From positions 140,492,001 through 140,556,000 of the forward strand of contig OX597817.1 of assembly GCA_951406725.2 (NCBI GenBank): DNA of 64,000 bases, read 5' to 3'. Origin of the DNA: Octopus vulgaris. Its lineage: Eukaryota. The position numbers and the translations under genes were made by a program. How positions within the stretch are numbered: the first letter of the stretch is position 1; each line of letters begins with the position of its first letter. The notes below the pieces were generated by a model, which made no database searches, was not told the origin of the DNA, and worked only from the letters and a program-made list of their open reading frames with translations. Of the stretch, positions 58,939 through 64,000 are shown in pieces.

Positions 58939-59053
58939 CGGCCATATCACGTTGAAAAGACCGGTTCTCGTCCGATCACCGAAGTTAAGCAACGTCGAGC
59001 CTAGTTAGTACTTAGATGGGTGACCTCTTGGGAAACCTAGGTGCTGTAAGCAT
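58939..59053 (+). rRNA. 5S rRNA copy (probable pseudogene; first ~5 nt missing)
   Basis: CGGCCATATCACGTTGAAA..ACCGGTTCTCGTCCGATCACCGAAGTTAAGCAACGTCGAGCCTAGTTAGTACTTAGATGGGTGACC.CTTGGGAA.CCTAGGTGCTGTAAGCAT is an animal 5S sequence with box A (AGTTAAGC) and box C (TAGATGGGTGACC); 115 nt; T7 at 59063-59069. Confidence 0.92.
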
Positions 59054-59075
59054 CATACATTGTTTTTTTCCGATG

Positions 59076-59145
59076 GCCGGATAACTGAAGAGATGGAGGC
59101 GTGGATTTCTACTTCGGCATCCGAAACTCGGAGTTTTATCACGGC
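59076..59145 (+). ncRNA. Type I hammerhead ribozyme motif (PLE-type)
   Basis: Stem I GCCG-GATAA / TTATC-A-CGGC; core CTGAAGA (59085-59091); stem II GATG...CATC(C); GAAA (59123-59126); near-palindromic stem III ACTC-G-GAGT; GUU triplet, predicted cleavage after 59135. The antisense copy in the left arm has GAAC instead of GAAA. Confidence 0.7.
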
Positions 59146-59242
59146 TACCGAATAATTGTCACATATTACATTTACAGATAAATTCCTCTATTTACATAAA
59201 ATCGAGGTCTCTTATTTTCTTTTGTTGTCTTACCATTTTTAT

Positions 59243-59303
<61 letters not shown>

Positions 59304-59307
<4 letters not shown>

Positions 59308-59411
59308 GAGGTAGTCAGAATTTTGGGTAATTACATATTTTGCGCTTTCATCTCATTTCGGAGATGAAAGCGTTGAATAAATAATTATCCAAAATTCCGA
59401 CTACCTCCTTT
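59304..59411. repeat. 108-bp imperfect hairpin abutting (TA)n
   Basis: AAAGGAGGTAGTCAGAATTTTGGGTAATTA...CGCTTTCATCTC-ATTTCG-GAGATGAAAGCG...TAATTATCCAAAATTCCGACTACCTCCTTT. Confidence 0.85.
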
Positions 59412-59446
59412 TTTCTGAATGTTTGAACTAAATTTGTACATCATTT

Positions 59447-59483
<37 letters not shown>

Positions 59484-59617
59484 TGCGTGCGTTTGCATAT
59501 CTATCTATATATATGTGTGTGTGTGTGTGTGTGTACGTGTCTGTGTTAATATCAAGCTTGCTTTATTACTGTTTTGGTGCATTATTATGTATATCTGTTT
59601 GCATAATACATATTAGG

Positions 59618-59664
<47 letters not shown>

Positions 59665-59833
59665 CGTGTCTGGGAATACATTGGCATAATCGCAATACTA
59701 GGAGGATGGGAATCAATTACATTCGACGAAAATACCATTTACAGATTAAAAACCGAAAGAAAAACAAGTACGGAGGGATTTCTAATCAATCGAGGATCAA
59801 CTGATTCTTTTCCTAATCAGGATTAATGTCACT

Positions 59834-59868
<35 letters not shown>

Positions 59869-60203
59869 AGTCTATCTATCAATCAATATATTTGTCTTTT
59901 TATCTATGTGTCTGCCGATCTATCTGTCAATTATTCTATTTATCAATCTTCCTATCAATATATTTTTGTGCAAGACAACCCTACCTACCGAAGCAGTTAC
60001 TTAGCGCCAAAAAAAATCCCTTTTATAATGTGTTATTTAAAGGTCAAGTTATATTTTTAAAACGGAGAAATATTTTTTTCCTGCTTTTTAAGTGATTAAA
60101 TTACTAAGAATGACAGACTGACACAGGTGTAACACAACGTCAACCAAAACAACATTGATATTCAACAACAACATCAGTTACATGGGAGTAAACAGACGTA
60201 GAT

Positions 60204-60360
60204 ATGGCTGTGTGGTGGCTAAGAAGTCTGCTGCGCAAACACGAGATTTTGAGATCGATGCTACTGCCTGAGATCCTGAGCAAGAATTCTATGGTCTCAG
60301 ATCGACCAAAAGCTTGTCAGGGAAATCTGGTTGAGGGAAACTGCTTGGATTCTTGTCGAA
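60204..60360 (+). mobile_element. Highly decayed family D SINE head
   Basis: ATGGCTGTGTGG...AAGAAG, CGACCAAAAGCTTGT, GGAAACTG blocks. Confidence 0.5.
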
Positions 60361-61120
60361 GGTTTCCATTGGTGTCTTTTGAATGATGTACACAATCCAT
60401 CGCCTGTTTCACACCACATTATGGTCCTTGGGTATCTTTCACCGAATCTGCACTGTTGCAAACATTTGGTGCAAGATTTTCAACACTGGCATAACAAGGG
60501 TTCTCAGCACACGCGGAGAGTGACTGCTTTTCTGCCTCAATTTAATTAACGTACATGATAAACAAAATGAAATTTTGCACCTGGAGATGGCTGGCCCCTC
60601 TCTTTCTTTTGCTATGGATGAGGAACCTGAAATGAGTTATGTACGTGGTCTTGGTTGCCATATAAACCAGTGGAAAAAATTGAGAAAAGGTATGTTAAAC
60701 AATGTTAGGTGGAACATACGGACATATCAAAAAGGGTTAGTAAAAGAATATTAAAAAGAAGCGGAAAAGAAAAGGGGTAGAAATCGAAGGGTATGTGAGA
60801 AGAAGAAGAAGAAGAAGAAGAAGGCGACGACGACATGTACAAAAAGAAAATTTACATCTACGACAGCCACCTGAATATTAACAGAAAGACAAGAAAACAA
60901 TAGTTACAATAATATTAAAAATATATAACCAGCAATAAATAAATAAAATAAACATGTTCAACACCCCTACCGTCGCCATTATTACTGAAGACACCAACGA
61001 GAAGTTTAATGGATAATGACAGCAACAAGAACAATAACAACAATGAAAACAGCTACTACAAAAACACTAATAAAAGCAGCACCACTAACAAGAACAACGA
61101 CAAGCAGAAACGACTTGCTT

Positions 61121-61155
61121 GCTCACCGTAACTTGTTTAGTAACAAAATGGCGGC
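61121..61155 (-). promoter_or_regulatory. YY1-type motif next to a minus-strand splice donor (possible first non-coding exon)
   Basis: CAAAATGGCGGC at 61144-61155; minus-strand ACG|GTGAGC with the intron starting at 61126. Confidence 0.3.
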
Positions 61156-61487
61156 TATGTGTTGGTGTTGATTTCGATGCATGTGTAAAGATGAAGTTTC
61201 TAGGATCTACGTTTATGTTAGTAAACATTGCATTTGAAAATTGAATTAATGAGCGTTAATTACTTGTGTTAATCAATGCAATCTCACTTTAATGTGTTCC
61301 GTATTGCCATTAATGGAATATTTCACAGCAGTGAAATCCCAATTATTGAGTAAAGATTATTTTTAAAAGGTACATTTATCAATATCAATTTTTATCTGAT
61401 ACATGCGCACTCACACACACACAAATACACACACGCACACGCAATCAAACTTATATGAATATATACACATATATAAAAAATATATTT

Positions 61488-61518
<31 letters not shown>

Positions 61519-61762
61519 CAAACGAATATATGTGTGTGTGTGTGTGTGTGTGTACTCACATAACTAAACTCATATGTGTGTGTGTATGTGTGTATGCAAA
61601 TTTCCATAGAAATTTATAGAAATTTATAAATATATACTTATATATGTATATTCTTATATACATATAAAATATATAGATACATACATACATGCATACATTT
61701 ATAGATATATACATACATATATATTGATATGTACATATACATACTTACATACACACACACAC

Positions 61763-61872
<110 letters not shown>

Positions 61873-62931
61873 ATGTACATACACACTAATACAGAGATAG
61901 AGAGATGGAGAGAGGCAAAACTTAGAAAAATAATAATATTGGCATCAACTTTAATTCTGATATATCATTATATTTAATATATGTTTCGTTGTTGTTGTTT
62001 GTGTTTTTTTTTTGTCTTATTTTTAACATTTTATTAAATTTCAACATATTTATATTTATTATTTAGTCACATCAATATCAATGTTTTGCTATAACAGATC
62101 TTTTTTAATCCGTATTGATTTCCTATAAATATAGTGCCAGAGAAGAAATATACCAGAGTGATGCTTATGCATTCCGAAGTGTATTAGCTGTGGAACTTGA
62201 AGGAAATTGGCTTCAATCGAGTTAAAGCGAACGTAACCCTTTAATCCTCGGAATTTTTTCCTCCCCCTAATATCCGCATCTCGTATCAATTGTATTTTGG
62301 GTGAACGCAGTTACTTTTTATGCAGATGGTGGCTTTTCTCCATTGAACAGAGTCAAATATTTTACTGGAACTAGTTTCCTTTTTTATATTTCTTGGTCTC
62401 ATTACATTTCGATTATTAACAACTTCACTCCTTGTTTTTCATGCAGAAAGCATACCTAGGTACTTTAGTCTCAGGCATTATCTTATGTTATCACATTATT
62501 TATTGTACATTAATTCACTCCAAATCTCTCGCTTTCTCCTCTCTTCCCCCCTCTCTTTCTCTCTCTCTCTCTTTGTGTGTATTTATGTATATATTTATGT
62601 AAGGGCGTATCTATCACAACATGATGGAAAGACAATGCCACATTTTATCTACTGCATCATGCAACTCCAACAATCGATTCTATTAAGTAAGCATGTTCTA
62701 GACATTTGCCTCGATACATACATGTGTGAGTGCGTCTTGGTGTGTGTGTGTGTGTTGTTTTAATTTTCACTTTTCTATTCTTTGCGTAGGTCAGATGGAA
62801 TTGGTAAAGGCAGAGTTTTTCAGCCAGATGGCCTTCTTGTCGCCAATTTTCACTTGTTTCAAAGCAGAGTAACATTTCGCAACGGTCCGTTGTCGTGTGA
62901 TGTCAAAACACAAGAAGACACATACACGGAC

Positions 62932-62975
<44 letters not shown>

Positions 62976-62988
62976 ATACACACAAATA

Positions 62989-63040
<52 letters not shown>

Positions 63041-63043
<3 letters not shown>

Positions 63044-63211
63044 AAAGTTTACGAAAAAAACCAAAGACAAAGACAGGTGGTGTACAAAACAAACAGATGT
63101 ATTAGTATAACGCTCAGGAATAGAAAAAATATTTTACGTTTCGAGCCTATGCTCTTCTACAGAAAGGAACACAGAAAAACAACAAGGAGAGAAAAAAATG
63201 TGTGTAGTGGC
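63041..63211 (-). mobile_element. Dispersed ~160-bp module with HHR-like motif
   Basis: Same family as 14061; abuts (TA)n; followed by a decayed family D SINE fragment (about 63215-63370). Confidence 0.75.
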
Positions 63212-63638
63212 TACACAACAGGTTTCTTTCGGTTTCCGTCTACCAAATCCATCCACAGGATTTGTTCAGCTTGAAACTATAGCGGAAGAAACTTGGCCAA
63301 AGTAACACACAACAGAACTGAACCCAAAAGCATTTGGTTAGGAAACAAACATTTTAACCACACATCACACTTGTGCAAAAGTTTAAGCGTCAGTCACGAA
63401 GCTGAAGTGGTGCCTTACACCCTACACTCACTATTTTTGGTCCATTTTATTGCAAGCAGATCCAAACAATCACCCGAATCTCCCAACTTTGTCCTAGTGA
63501 AACATCCTGAGTGTGATATCTGAAGGGAGAGCTGCCCCAAAAGTCCACTGCAGTAAAGTGCTTTGCTCAGTGATACAACGTACTGCTTAATCCAGGATTT
63601 GAATCCATGAGCTTATAATCAAAAGTCTACCACCGTAA

Positions 63639-63676
<38 letters not shown>

Positions 63677-63925
63677 TATTTGAGGGAATATAAATCCAAA
63701 CTTACAGGGAAAAAAATTCAATTTAGAAATACTAAATCAAATTTCACACAATATAATATATATGTATATATAAAATTATACGTTTTTATTATTTTTTTTG
63801 AAATTTACTGAATCATTGATATTTTATTGTTATTTTAATTTTAATACTTCTATTATATGTAATTTTCCAGATTGTGTAATTTAATTGTTCATTTTGAATT
63901 GATAAAAGGTGTTTTTTTTTCTTTC

Positions 63926-63963
<38 letters not shown>

Positions 63964-64000
63964 CTAAACAAGAAAGATTAATTGTATGTCCACTTTATAT

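Larger units (their letters stand above)
58771..59247. mobile_element. Fold-back element with 175-bp arms, each carrying a type I hammerhead-like motif, enclosing a 5S rRNA copy; embedded in (TA)n
   Basis: 58771-58945 is the reverse complement of 59073-59247 with about a dozen differences; (TA)n at 58738-58770 and 59248-59303. Confidence 0.9.

Noticed and set aside
58939-59069. 5S copy as part of a functional 5S rDNA array
   Set aside because: Single copy, 5' end replaced by the inverted arm so helix I is broken, and no native upstream spacer.
60587-60689. Short ORF MAGPSLSFAMDEEPE... ending at AG|GTATGT
   Set aside because: No recognisable homology or convincing acceptor, and neighbouring sequence looks like decayed repeat.

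Overview
Repeat-dense, AT-rich eukaryotic (animal) DNA with no confidently identifiable host protein-coding gene; most short ORFs in the track are translations of microsatellites. The SINE repertoire and extreme (TA)n/(CA)n/(GATA)n/(TTA)n density suggest an octopus genome (inference). Contents: a near-intact CR1-group LINE ORF2 (2119-5096, one homopolymer frameshift); a decayed RTE LINE; several R4/Dong-like and one HERO-like restriction-endonuclease-like (REL) retroelement fragments; mariner and pogo/Tigger-like DNA transposon relics; about 20 tRNA-derived SINE copies in four modular families (labelled A-D here); and two Penelope-like element (PLE) protein fragments. The most interesting signal is a set of short non-coding modules at (TA)n tracts that carry minimal hammerhead-ribozyme (HHR)-like motifs and often form fold-back palindromes, consistent with PLE pseudo-LTR derivatives. 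One (58771-59247) is a 175-bp inverted repeat with an HHR in each arm enclosing an almost full-length 5S rRNA copy plus its oligo-T terminator. All calls were made by eye, with no alignment, folding or database search run; boundaries of decayed elements are approximate.
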